Assembly: GCA_965216875.1 (NCBI GenBank)
Contig: OZ244207.1
Coordinates: forward strand, 2,816,001 to 2,880,000
Source: Rubripirellula sp.
GTDB taxonomy: Bacteria; Planctomycetota; Planctomycetia; Pirellulales; Pirellulaceae
DNA: 64,000 bases
Direction of reading: 5' to 3'
In this document: positions 17,741-27,892 of the stretch, piece by piece
Position numbering within the stretch: the first letter of the stretch is position 1
How the letters are laid out: each line of letters opens with the position of its first letter
Translations under genes and position numbers: made by a program
Notes under the pieces: model-generated
The model's input: the letters and a program-made list of their open reading frames with translations, nothing else
What the model was told of the DNA's origin: nothing
The model's database searches: none

Positions 17741-18985
17741 TCAAAATGCCAATCTTCTTAGCGTGTCGTGGTCCTTGATCAGCAACGCGTCCTTCAACAG
17801 AACCGGCGGCGCCCAGGTCGGCGTTTGAGCAACGTTGATCTTCCCAACTTCCACATAGCCACCGGAAGTCGCGTCGAAGACCGTCACTGTCCCATCATTG
17901 ACCAACGCAACGACATGGTCCGGAATCGTCAAGAACGTCACGTTTTGGCCCAACCGAGGCGGCCCTTTCCATTGAACGTCGCCGGACTTTCGATCGACGC
18001 AAAAGAAACGCCCTGAATCGTAATGTGACATCCCGAAAAGGAAGACTCCCGAAGCCACCGCAGTGCTCATATCGAGGGCAACGTCTTCTTGGTGCCAAAG
18101 TTCATCGACCCGCCAAACGCTTTCGTTCATTTCAGGTTTCACGCACCGAAGCCCACGGTTTTCGCCACCAACGTAAATGCATCCATCGGCAATCGTTGGC
18201 GTCGGCATATTTTGGTTCGTCCCAACATGCGGAAAGGGATACTCCCAAAGCAATTTGCCGGTAGCAATGTCGACGCCCGCCAACGCTCGGTGATTCCACT
18301 GCACCACTTGGCGTACGCCCGATAACGTCGTCACCAATGGTGACGAATAGGATGCGCCGTCACTCCCTTGCCTCCATGAAACCTCGCCGGTCGCAACGTC
18401 CAACGCAACCAATGCGCCTTTGTCATCGGTTCCAAAATGCACGATCACACGTTCGCCGTCGACGATGGGCGAACTCGACGCTCCCCAATAAGGACAACTT
18501 CTACCGAATTCATCGTCGAAATTTCGTTGCCAAAGCATCTCGCCCGTTTCGGCATTCCATGCCGTCAGATTGCCTGTGATGCTGAACGTAAAAAGCCTTT
18601 GACTTGCATACACGGGACATGACTTCGGCCCCTTGCCGTGGCGCTCGCCACCGCCACCCATTTTGAAAGGAACTTCAGTGCGTTTCTGCCAAATCACATC
18701 ACCTGAATCGATGTTCAAGCAGGTGACGACTTCTTCTTCGCCAAGCCTACCGTGTTGAAACACACGATCGTCCACGACGACCGGTGTACCGTAGCCCGTG
18801 CCAACTTTCACCGACCATTGAGCCGATAGCTCTTGCGGAAACTCTTCGGGAACAACGAAGTTGCTAACCTGCCCGTCTCGGTTCGGGCCCAGCCAGCCGG
18901 TCCAGTCAAAGTCGCCAGCGAAGCAACTCGGCATCGCCAAGACGAAGGCCAACCAATATGCGGAAATCGATCTTTTCGTGAGCAT
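17741..18985 (-). CDS. PQQ-like beta-propeller protein (BamB-like repeats)
   Basis: Signal peptide; motifs DWTGWLGPNRDG, GYGTPVV, ASSSPIV, ASYSSP, TWAPPV. AGGAGG precedes ATG 18985. Confidence 0.87.
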   Translation of the reverse strand: MLTKRSISAYWLAFVLAMPSCFAGDFDWTGWLGPNRDGQVSNFVVPEEFPQELSAQWSVKVGTGYGTPVVVDDRVFQHGRLGEEEVVTCLNIDSGDVIWQKRTEVPFKMGGGGERHGKGPKSCPVYASQRLFTFSITGNLTAWNAETGEMLWQRNFDDEFGRSCPYWGASSSPIVDGERVIVHFGTDDKGALVALDVATGEVSWRQGSDGASYSSPLVTTLSGVRQVVQWNHRALAGVDIATGKLLWEYPFPHVGTNQNMPTPTIADGCIYVGGENRGLRCVKPEMNESVWRVDELWHQEDVALDMSTAVASGVFLFGMSHYDSGRFFCVDRKSGDVQWKGPPRLGQNVTFLTIPDHVVALVNDGTVTVFDATSGGYVEVGKINVAQTPTWAPPVLLKDALLIKDHDTLRRLAF

Positions 18986-19294
18986 GTTCACCTCCTGAGT
19001 ACTGCGGTCAATGATACCACCGTGGAAACACCCACTGAGGTATCGCATTGTTTCAAATGCGTCGCTCGTTTTTCTCGTGCGAAGCGTTAGGAACCTCGAC
19101 AAGTGACCGAAAGATGGAGGGACGAGAATAGGCAGCGAGTTTCAATCCTCGTGCATCATTTCCCGCCTGTGAATAGGGCGTGCCGGGTCGTTCGCTCTTC
19201 CTCTTTTGTCCCTTACAGACCCGACATTCGCACCAAGAATCAAATATGATCATGGGTCTCCCTCCAACTTCCCACCTGCTTCAGGTCTTTCCCC

Positions 19295-22294
19295 GTGACC
19301 TCTCCATTCAACATGCTTCGTTTCCTTGCTTGTCTCTTGGCTTTCGGCCTCGTTTCCTTCGGTACCACTCACGCCGATGACCAATGGAAACTCCAGCCAC
19401 TTCGCTACAACAACCCCGGTCTTGAAGTTGACCTCGGTGTCGGGCTTTGGGCTTGGCCTTTGCCGATCGACTTCGACGACGATGGCGACATCGACTTGCT
19501 CGTCTCCTGTCCCGACAAACCATCCAATGGCTTCTACTTTTTCGAGAACCCAACCCAAGACCGATCGAACAAAACTCCTGTTTTCCTACCAGGCGTTCGC
19601 GTTGGATCGACTGGCCACAATGTTCAAATCAGCTACGTCAACGGCGAGCCGAGAATCCTGCGGGAAGCGTCCGAGCTAATTGCGTTTTCCGATGGCGACT
19701 TTAATAAGAAACGCAAACTCTACCCGAACGATCGCTTTCATAAGGGTTCCACACGCGCTCGGATGTGGCGATTGGTCGACTACGATGCCGATGGGGACCA
19801 CGATTTGATCGCAGGCATTGGCGACTGGTCTGATTATGGGTGGGACAACGCCTACGATCGCAATGGCCAATGGCACAATGGACCGCTTCACGGCTACGTC
19901 TACCTCATTCGCAACGAAGGCACAGACGACGATCCCCAATACTCAAAATCTCCGCAGCGCATTCAAGCGGGCGGCGGTGATGTCGACGTTTACGGCTGGC
20001 CATCACCTAACTTCGCCGACTTCGACGGCGACGGCGACCTCGACCTGCTTTGTGGTGAGTTCCTGGATGGATTCACCTATTTCGAAAACATCGGAACGCG
20101 TGCCGAACCGGCCTACGCCTCCGGCAACAAGCTTCTTGATGAATCGGGTTCGCCGCTGGTGATGGACCTCCAAATGATCACTCCAACCGCGTTTGATTGG
20201 GACGCCGACGGAGACATGGACTTGATCGTTGGCGACGAAGATGGCCGCGTGGCATTGGTCGAACATACAGGCGAGACCTCCACCGGTGGGCCCGTTTTCC
20301 GCAAGCCCGTTTACTTCAAACAACAAGCCGACACGCTCAAGTTTGGCGCATTGGCGACCCCGTTCGCCTGCGATTGGGATGGCGACGGCGACGAAGACAT
20401 CCTGTGTGGCAATACGGCTGGTCATATCAGCCTTTTTGAAAACCTCGGTGCGACTTCGGACGGGATGCCAAAGTGGAACGCTCCCAAACTGCTTGAGGTG
20501 GACGGCAAACCCTTTCGTATCCTGGCCGGCGAAAGCGGGTCGATCCAAGGCCCGGCCGAAGCCAAATGGGGTTACACAACTTTGTCGGCAGCTGACTGGG
20601 ATGGCGACCACGACCTCGACATCTTGGTCAACTCAATTCTTTCCAAAGTTGAATTGCTACAGAACCACAATGGCAAACTGTCACGAAAACCACTCAACAC
20701 CGGCATCAGCGAATCGCCGCCAAAGTGGTACTGGTGGCAAACGAAGTCCAATGGAGCCATCACGCAGTGGCGCACCACGCCCTTTGCAATCGACATCGAT
20801 GCGGATGGTTCGACCGACCTTGTGATGCTCGACCAGCAAGGCTACCTAACGCTTCGGCGCAACGGCGGAGTCGCCGAGCGATTTTTTGTCGACGAAGATG
20901 GACGTCCCCTTCGACTGAATCACCGCACCGTTGGCCGCTCGGGACGATACAAAATCGCCGTTGTCGACTGGGACGGTGATGGTAGGCTCGATGTGCTCGT
21001 CAACTCAGAGAACGCGACACTCTATCGCAACAGCGCCGACCTTGATGGCAAGATCGTGCTCAAGAAACTCGGCAACCTCGCCCGTCGCAATGTTTCAGGG
21101 CACACATCGAGCCCCGCGGTCTGTGACTTTGACAAAGACGGCAAACCAGACCTGTTGGTCGGTTCCGAAAACGGTCGCATCTATCACATCGCGCATGATG
21201 ATTGCATCACCTTCAACGAAGAGCAAAAACGGATTCGAACGCCAAAACCGAGTCCTGAGCCGAAGTTCCCGGGCTTTGTCAGTGAAGACTTCGTTTTTAC
21301 CAAGGCCAAGTTCCCGCAATGTCACGCGTCGACAATCTGCCAAACATCGCGTGGACTTGTTGCAGCTTGGTTTGGCGGAACTCGAGAGAAAGCGAAAGAC
21401 GTTGGCATCTGGGTCAGCTACAACGACGGTGGCGGTTGGTCCTCGCCAATTGAATGGGCCAATGGCATCCAGCACGACGGACTGAGGCATCCCTGCTGGA
21501 ATCCGGTACTGTTCCAACCGCCAGGTGACGCGCCAACGCTGCTGTTCTTCAAGGTGGGACCGAATCCAGCGGCATGGTGGGGCGAAATGATGGTCAGCTA
21601 CGATCGCGGTCGCTCGTTTACCGATCGCCGTCGGCTGCCTGAACAAATCGATGGCCCGGTCCGTTGTAAGCCTCTCCTCTTGCCGAGCGGCCCAACGCTA
21701 TTGGCCGGCTCTTCAACCGAATACGACGGCTGGCGCGTCCACTTCGAAAAGACGCAGCTTGTGAACGGACAGCCCGACGGAACCTGGAAACGCATCGGAC
21801 CGATCAACAGCGGCAAGAAGTTCAATGCCATTCAGCCAACCTTTTTGCAGCATGCGGATGGTCGCCTCCAAGTGCTGTGTCGAACCAAAGAAAGCGTCAT
21901 CTCCACAAGTTACTCGGACGATGGTGGCCAGACATGGTCGGCAATGGAAGCGACCAACCTTCCCAACCCCAACTCTGGGATCGACGCAGTATCCCTTGCC
22001 GACGGACGTCACTTATTGATCTACAACCACCTTGGCAGTGGCAAAACGGGCTGGGGCCGACGCGGCCTGTTGAACCTTGCCATTTCCGATGACGGAGTCG
22101 TTTGGCGTAAAGCCGCTGTGTTGGAAAAGGAATCGAGCGCCGAATTCAGCTACCCCGCAATGATTCAATCCGACGATGGCTTGATCCACATCACCTACAC
22201 GTGGAAACGGCAACGCATCAAACATGTCGTCGTCAATCCATCCAAGCTCGATGTGGGCGTCGATCTCGGACGTGGCAACTGGTTTAGCGACTGA
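19295..22294 (+). CDS. Secreted FG-GAP/VCBS-repeat protein fused to a C-terminal BNR-repeat sialidase-like domain
   Basis: Many D(F/W)DxDGDxD repeats in the first ~630 aa; then CHASTI, AWFGG, the Asp-boxes SYDRGRSF and SDDGGQTW, PNPNSG and EFSYPA. Confidence 0.85.
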   Translation: MTSPFNMLRFLACLLAFGLVSFGTTHADDQWKLQPLRYNNPGLEVDLGVGLWAWPLPIDFDDDGDIDLLVSCPDKPSNGFYFFENPTQDRSNKTPVFLPGVRVGSTGHNVQISYVNGEPRILREASELIAFSDGDFNKKRKLYPNDRFHKGSTRARMWRLVDYDADGDHDLIAGIGDWSDYGWDNAYDRNGQWHNGPLHGYVYLIRNEGTDDDPQYSKSPQRIQAGGGDVDVYGWPSPNFADFDGDGDLDLLCGEFLDGFTYFENIGTRAEPAYASGNKLLDESGSPLVMDLQMITPTAFDWDADGDMDLIVGDEDGRVALVEHTGETSTGGPVFRKPVYFKQQADTLKFGALATPFACDWDGDGDEDILCGNTAGHISLFENLGATSDGMPKWNAPKLLEVDGKPFRILAGESGSIQGPAEAKWGYTTLSAADWDGDHDLDILVNSILSKVELLQNHNGKLSRKPLNTGISESPPKWYWWQTKSNGAITQWRTTPFAIDIDADGSTDLVMLDQQGYLTLRRNGGVAERFFVDEDGRPLRLNHRTVGRSGRYKIAVVDWDGDGRLDVLVNSENATLYRNSADLDGKIVLKKLGNLARRNVSGHTSSPAVCDFDKDGKPDLLVGSENGRIYHIAHDDCITFNEEQKRIRTPKPSPEPKFPGFVSEDFVFTKAKFPQCHASTICQTSRGLVAAWFGGTREKAKDVGIWVSYNDGGGWSSPIEWANGIQHDGLRHPCWNPVLFQPPGDAPTLLFFKVGPNPAAWWGEMMVSYDRGRSFTDRRRLPEQIDGPVRCKPLLLPSGPTLLAGSSTEYDGWRVHFEKTQLVNGQPDGTWKRIGPINSGKKFNAIQPTFLQHADGRLQVLCRTKESVISTSYSDDGGQTWSAMEATNLPNPNSGIDAVSLADGRHLLIYNHLGSGKTGWGRRGLLNLAISDDGVVWRKAAVLEKESSAEFSYPAMIQSDDGLIHITYTWKRQRIKHVVVNPSKLDVGVDLGRGNWFSD

Positions 22295-22478
22295 GCCAAG
22301 CCCGGGCGTCCGGTTGCAGCGATTGCGACGAGGAAAACCCTTCGCTTGTGGCTCTTGGAATGCCACTCCCGCCACCGGCGAGAGCTATGTTTGCACAGCA
22401 TTTTGTCCGTAGGCGAACGCGTCAGTTCGCCTGCGGCGGCCTGATTGCAAACCTACTACTACTGCTCCGGTTGCCCCA

Positions 22479-23045
22479 ATGGACATCGCATCGATCGACT
22501 ACAGCATCCTTGCTGCCCCGTTCATTTTGTTCCTGTTCGGCATCACCATCCTCGTTTGGATTGCGATGCTTGGTGGATCGCTCCAGCTTTCTCTTTGGCT
22601 GTTGGTCGATGAACCGCCGAGGTACTTGGTTTGCCTGGCCGTCTCACTGGGCATCATTGCACTCAACACAGTGCTGTATTTTAGCCTGGCACTCTTGCTC
22701 GGCCCCCAACAGTTCTACATTGTTGGCATCTACATGCTTGCGTTGCAGATGCTCGTGGTGATGTTCTGCGCGCGTTGTAATCCAATCACCGCATTTCTCG
22801 CCGCGGTTTGCAACGGCGTGTTCAGTGTGATGGGAACGGTCTTCATCGCTGTCTTTTTCGTCATTCTCACCGGTGTCCTAATCAACGGTGCGATGGAACA
22901 GCACGAAAAGGCGACCGAAGAAACTGCTCAAGCTCAAACGCCGCCAACCGCCCCCAAAATGCAGCCGTTGTTGCCAACAAGAAACACGGCTCCTTCGAAG
23001 GCTGAAGTGGCTCCCGGTCAGGTGGCAAACCCCTTCTTCCAATAA
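22479..23045 (+). CDS. Hypothetical membrane protein (about 4 TM helices)
   Basis: Long hydrophobic stretches and a Pro/Ala-rich tail ending NPFFQ. Confidence 0.7.
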   Translation: MDIASIDYSILAAPFILFLFGITILVWIAMLGGSLQLSLWLLVDEPPRYLVCLAVSLGIIALNTVLYFSLALLLGPQQFYIVGIYMLALQMLVVMFCARCNPITAFLAAVCNGVFSVMGTVFIAVFFVILTGVLINGAMEQHEKATEETAQAQTPPTAPKMQPLLPTRNTAPSKAEVAPGQVANPFFQ

Positions 23046-23224
23046 ACCGATTCGGTCATTTTGAATCAAACCCCAGCGCCCAACCCCTGCGTGACGGGTA
23101 CCAAAACGATCCGAAAATCGTCACCCTAGAAGGCGGAGTCGATCACCCGGCGAGACGGTGACTCTTTGCGAGCCACCCGTTCGGTAGTGAAAGTCGACTT
23201 TCAAAATGATCGCAACCTAGGGGA

Positions 23225-24823
23225 ATGAAATTGAATCAACTGCATGGAAAACAGCTGATCGCGGGCGCGCTTTCGGCGGAGAGCAGCGAGACCTTTTTTG
23301 CGATCAACGCAACCAACCAGCGACCGCTTCCAACCGAATTCCATGAATCGACGGCGGTCGAGATCGATCGCGCCATGCAGGCCGCAAGCGATTCGTTCGA
23401 AGCACTGTCGAGCGCTACCCCAGATCAGCGAGCGTCTTTGCTTGAAGCGATCGCCGATGGTCTCGCCCAAGCTCCGGATGAATTGCTCGAGCGTTGCCAT
23501 GCCGAAACGGCCCTGCCAATGTCTCGGCTGAAGGGAGAGCTCGCTCGCACGATCGGACAATCAAGGCTGATCGCTGACATGATCCGCGAAGGCAGTTGGG
23601 TCGCCGCAAAGATCGACCATGCTGATCCGACCAGACGCCCGATCCCCAAGCCTGACATCCGAAGCATGCTCGTCGGGATTGGGCCGATCGTCGTCATCGG
23701 TGCGAGCAATTTCCCGCTCGCAATCTCCGTTGCTGGCACCGATACCACAACCGCTCTTGCTTCGGGATGCCCTGTTGTCGTCAAAGCGCATCCCGCTCAT
23801 CCGGGCACCTGCGAAATGATCGCTGACATCATTTGCCGTGCGATTGATGCGGCGGGGTTTCCGCCCGGCATCTTTTCGCTCGTACATGGTCGGTCACATC
23901 AAGTCGGGCGAACCTTAGTGGAGCATCCTGAAACCAAAGCGGTCGCGTTTACCGGTTCCCTTCAAGGTGGCCGTGCACTGTTTGATGTCGCCGCAGCGCG
24001 ACCGAACCCGATTCCCGTCTACGCCGAAATGGGAAGCATCAATCCAGTCTTTGTGCTTCCCGACGCGATCCGAGAGCGGACGCCTGCCATTGCGAAGGGA
24101 TTTGTTGACTCCATCAATCTTGGCGTTGGCCAGTTTTGCACCAAGCCAGCCTTGCTTGTCCTGCCAGTCGGGGACGAGGCGGATTCTCTGCTCAAGGCGA
24201 TTCGTGACCACGTCGTCGTACTCGATTCGGCGCCGCTTCTGCACGCCGGCATCTCGGAGCAGTTTCGCAAAGCATCGCTAGGCATCTCGCAAATGGATGG
24301 AGTCGAATTCATTGGCCGAGTCGTCGCGTCCGACCCGTCGATTGCCGACGGGCATGTCCGGTGCAGTGTCGCGGTCGTCGACTTTGAAACGTTTCGTGAC
24401 AACGAAGAGCTTCGCACCGAACTGTTCGGCCCCTTTTCGACAATCGTGCGGTGTCGCAATCACGAACAAATGATCGAGGTCGCTCAATTCCTTGATGGGC
24501 AACTAACGGCAACCCTCCACGGGTCGGAGTCCGATCTACGGGATCATCGTGACCTCGTCCAACGCCTCCAGAATATCGCCGGACGGCTTGTCTTCAACGG
24601 TTTCCCCACAGGCGTCGAGGTTTGCCATGCCGTCCACCATGGCGGACCCTACCCCGCGGCGACCGACGCCCATTTCACATCGATAGGGCCGGCTTCGATC
24701 GAGCGATTCGTTCGACGTGTCTGCTTCCAGGATTGGCCCGACTCTCAGTTGCCGACCGAACTGCAAGCAATGAACACGATGAAGATTTTACGAATGGTCG
24801 ATGGGACCTACACCCGTGACTAG
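23225..24823 (+). CDS. Aldehyde dehydrogenase (NADP+), alpha-ketoglutaric semialdehyde dehydrogenase-like
   Basis: Motifs GASNFPLA, VKAHPAHPGT, FTGSLQGG, EMGSINP, GQFCTKP, ELFGP and NGFPTGVEV...HGGPYPA. Confidence 0.92.
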   Translation: MKLNQLHGKQLIAGALSAESSETFFAINATNQRPLPTEFHESTAVEIDRAMQAASDSFEALSSATPDQRASLLEAIADGLAQAPDELLERCHAETALPMSRLKGELARTIGQSRLIADMIREGSWVAAKIDHADPTRRPIPKPDIRSMLVGIGPIVVIGASNFPLAISVAGTDTTTALASGCPVVVKAHPAHPGTCEMIADIICRAIDAAGFPPGIFSLVHGRSHQVGRTLVEHPETKAVAFTGSLQGGRALFDVAAARPNPIPVYAEMGSINPVFVLPDAIRERTPAIAKGFVDSINLGVGQFCTKPALLVLPVGDEADSLLKAIRDHVVVLDSAPLLHAGISEQFRKASLGISQMDGVEFIGRVVASDPSIADGHVRCSVAVVDFETFRDNEELRTELFGPFSTIVRCRNHEQMIEVAQFLDGQLTATLHGSESDLRDHRDLVQRLQNIAGRLVFNGFPTGVEVCHAVHHGGPYPAATDAHFTSIGPASIERFVRRVCFQDWPDSQLPTELQAMNTMKILRMVDGTYTRD

Positions 24824-24900
24824 CCGAATGCGGGCGACATTCGTAACCGCATGTACCCATTGATGAATCAGCTCGCTGGGCGCAATAGAATTGAAGCATC

Positions 24901-25635
24901 ATGAAGTACATTGCCCCAATGATCGTCACCGTCGCTTTGACGCCAATCCTCTGTGTTGCCGACGAACCGGCGACGAACACAACTCGAATCATCGCGAGAT
25001 CGGTTGCCCCAGCGGAATCATCTGTATCGTTAACACGTCATGGAATCACGCGTGAGGATTTCGCCCGTATCGAGGCCACGCTGCCCAACATCCAAACCGC
25101 AATTCCCATTCGCCATCTGGTCGAACAACGGGTTCACGGCGTCGGCAGCAAATCGACCAGCAAGCCTCTGTGGATGATGGTCACGGGAACCGTAGAAGCG
25201 TTTTCAGCCGTCGCGCGCACTCCAATGCACGCTGGACGTTTTCTCAACCAAAAAGACGAATCCCATCGCCGAACGGTTGCTGTGATCTCGCTGCGTCACG
25301 CAGAGACGCTCTTTGACGATCTGGATCCGATTGGACGAGCGTTACGTATTGGCGACAGCATCTTCACCGTCGTTGGCATCGCCGAACAAACACCTGACAA
25401 CGCGATCCTGATCCCCATCTCGACAATGAGAACTCGGTTCGGAGACGTGGTTGTTCTGAGGAAATCGGGATCGTTCGAGGCCAGTCACTACGAACTCTCG
25501 GAGCTCTGGCTCGACGTCACTGGTGACCAGGAACAAGTCCGCCACACGGTCGAGATTCTCCAAAAACTGCTTGAGCGATCGCATCAAGACAACGGAAACG
25601 CACAAAAAGACTTTGAAGTGAGGGTTCAACCATGA
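24901..25635 (+). CDS. Stand-alone MacB-like periplasmic core domain protein
   Basis: Signal peptide; GRFLNQKD...VAVI...AETLF...DPIGRALRIG...FTVVGI...IPISTM. No C-terminal TM permease region. Confidence 0.75.
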   Translation: MKYIAPMIVTVALTPILCVADEPATNTTRIIARSVAPAESSVSLTRHGITREDFARIEATLPNIQTAIPIRHLVEQRVHGVGSKSTSKPLWMMVTGTVEAFSAVARTPMHAGRFLNQKDESHRRTVAVISLRHAETLFDDLDPIGRALRIGDSIFTVVGIAEQTPDNAILIPISTMRTRFGDVVVLRKSGSFEASHYELSELWLDVTGDQEQVRHTVEILQKLLERSHQDNGNAQKDFEVRVQP

Positions 25636-26855
25636 AACGTCCACTCGCGTCGCCGAACACAACCGCCATCTTGGCGTTGTTGGTTCTGCACAGTCAGCTC
25701 ATTGCCCAGGATCCAACCAACCGACCGCAGCGTTACCGAAACTTGACACAAGTTCAAGCTGCAGAATTGGAACGCAAAGTTGATTCGCTCATACGCGAAG
25801 TGGGGGTGATCGAAAGCGCGAAGGTCGTTGAGATCAAGGCGTCGGTTGAGGGCCCCATTCTCGAGCTGATCCCCGCAGGCACGATGGTCGTTCAAGGCGA
25901 CCAGATGGGCCGACTCGATCCAAGCCAACTCGAAGAAAAGGTCTCCGAGTCGCGCATCGCTTCCACGACGATGCGTTCAGCCGTGATGGAAGCCGAAGGT
26001 TCGATCAAGCGCTATGCTCTTCAACTTGACAGCGCGCGGGAAATGACCGGCAAGCGAGTCGAACTGGCAGAATTGAATCAGCGCGTCGCTGAAACCGAAG
26101 CGAGCGTCAGAACCAGTGACCTTGAGGACCAGATCAAGGCGGCCAAAGCAATGCGTGCAGCGCGCGTCCTGGCGTTGGAAAAACTCAAATCAGGTGACAG
26201 AGCCGAGCTAGCGGAAGCCGAGGCAGAGATGATTGCTGCCGAAGCAGACGTCGCGTCACTCGAGCGACAACTCAAGCTCAATGCCATGCTCGCTAAACGG
26301 AACCAAACGGAAATGCAACTTGCCGTTAGTGAAGCCAAAGGCGATCGAATGATCTCGCTGCTTGATCGCGAAATGAAGCTCAATCAAGCGCAAACGAATC
26401 TCGATGCTGCCCGTCATAACGAAGAAATCGCAGCAAACCGGCTGAAACAAGTCGAGGAAAAACTGGCCCGAACTGTGCTCGCTGCACCGATCAATGGCAT
26501 CGTTTCCTATCCCGTTTCGCGTCGGGGGCAACCCGAAATTGAAGTTGGCGTGAACGTCCGCGAAGGCCAGACCGTGGCGAGCATCGCGGATATGGATCAA
26601 CTACAAGTCGCCGTCTTGGTCAACGAAACTCGGATTTCACAAGTGCGACCTGGCCAGCGCGCGGCCATCGCTGTCGACGCCTTTCCCGGCCGTGAGTTCG
26701 CAGGCAAAGTCAAGTTTGTCAACACAGTCCCGGAACCGACGACCTACCTTGATCGCGGAGGCAAACGGTACAAGGTCATCGTTGCCTTTGACAAAGGCGC
26801 GTCTGGCCTTCGACTTGGCATGACAACAATGGTCGATATCGACACGACGAACTGA
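25632..26855 (+). CDS. HlyD/MacA-type periplasmic adaptor subunit
   Basis: Lipoyl halves, long coiled coil, LAAPINGIV, VNETRISQVRPGQ...VDAFP and LRLGMT. ATGA overlap with the upstream gene. Confidence 0.88.
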   Translation: MKRPLASPNTTAILALLVLHSQLIAQDPTNRPQRYRNLTQVQAAELERKVDSLIREVGVIESAKVVEIKASVEGPILELIPAGTMVVQGDQMGRLDPSQLEEKVSESRIASTTMRSAVMEAEGSIKRYALQLDSAREMTGKRVELAELNQRVAETEASVRTSDLEDQIKAAKAMRAARVLALEKLKSGDRAELAEAEAEMIAAEADVASLERQLKLNAMLAKRNQTEMQLAVSEAKGDRMISLLDREMKLNQAQTNLDAARHNEEIAANRLKQVEEKLARTVLAAPINGIVSYPVSRRGQPEIEVGVNVREGQTVASIADMDQLQVAVLVNETRISQVRPGQRAAIAVDAFPGREFAGKVKFVNTVPEPTTYLDRGGKRYKVIVAFDKGASGLRLGMTTMVDIDTTN

Positions 26856-26866
26856 CGCGAAGTTTC

Positions 26867-26889
26867 GTACATACCTTCGCCAGAAGGTG
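26867..26889 (+). repeat. Degenerate REP-like palindrome
   Basis: GTACATACCTTCGCCAGAAGGTG resembles the reverse complement of 5879-5902 (GTACCTACCGTCGCCAGAAGGTGG). Confidence 0.55.
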
Positions 26890-26955
26890 AGAAATACACC
26901 TTCATCTCTCCACCAAATGATCCGGCGCGTGCAAGATGGGCACGTCCATCAACCC

Positions 26956-27783
26956 TCACTCTTTCCTGGCGGCCCAACGAATCGCTTCGATGATATGTTG
27001 CCGACCAAACTTCGTTTCAAGCGAGCGCACATCGTGCCCAAGCTCGGTATAGAAGAAACGACCGTCATTGGACGTATTGATCCAAGCAATCGGATGGTCG
27101 TCTCCCATCGCTTTTCCGCCGCGTGTTTTGAAGTAGTCACGTACCGGTTCGAAGGTTGATTCATCGACTCTCAGGAGGACTTGGATTCCCGACTGGCCTG
27201 TCACCGTCCGGTCATGATTCGTCCAGTCAGCGTGGTACATGAACGATTCTCCGAACCCCTTCACGGCTGGGTGATCTTTGGCAGCAGGATCAACGACCAC
27301 GCGTGCCTCCAAAAACTCGGAGTCACTGTTGAAGTCGCATCCGGCCAATTTGTTGAACCAAGGCCATTCTGTTTGCCGCACAAGGGCTGCATGAAGCGCA
27401 ACGATGCCACCACCTTCTTTGTACCACGCTTCGATTTTTGCTCGTTGGCTCTCGTCGAGGATCTTTGTCAGCTGGTTGGAGTTGTTCAGCACTAACACGT
27501 CATAGCGATCGAGCAAGCTGGTGAGATCACGTGGCGTCTCGGTCACATCGACTTGCATGTTCAAATCGTCCGAAAGTCGCGCAAGCCATCCGCTGATGGC
27601 TGCCGTCTCGGGATGTCGATACCATCCGGTGCCCGAAAACACTAACACCGCCCCTGTATCCTTCGGCCCTCGATTCGGCTTCTTTTCGGGTTCATGCGCC
27701 ATCGCTGGCATCGCGGAAACCACAGCCAACAACGTTACTACAAGTGCGAGCAACGAAACTCTCAATCGACGGACCAACATCAC
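26956..27783 (-). CDS. ThuA-like (class I glutamine amidotransferase-like fold) exported protein
   Basis: Motifs VLVFSGTGWYRH, GGGIVALHAA, VLLRVDESTF, DHPIAW and GRFFYTELGH. Confidence 0.88.
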   Translation of the reverse strand: MMLVRRLRVSLLALVVTLLAVVSAMPAMAHEPEKKPNRGPKDTGAVLVFSGTGWYRHPETAAISGWLARLSDDLNMQVDVTETPRDLTSLLDRYDVLVLNNSNQLTKILDESQRAKIEAWYKEGGGIVALHAALVRQTEWPWFNKLAGCDFNSDSEFLEARVVVDPAAKDHPAVKGFGESFMYHADWTNHDRTVTGQSGIQVLLRVDESTFEPVRDYFKTRGGKAMGDDHPIAWINTSNDGRFFYTELGHDVRSLETKFGRQHIIEAIRWAARKE

Positions 27784-27892
27784 GAATCTATCCTGGGTGC
27801 AAGAATCAACGGTCTCTCAGTGACGCAACAACCTAGTTTTCAGCCGATGCAATGGCAAGAGACGCGGTCAACAAAGGGGATCGCCGAGCATG

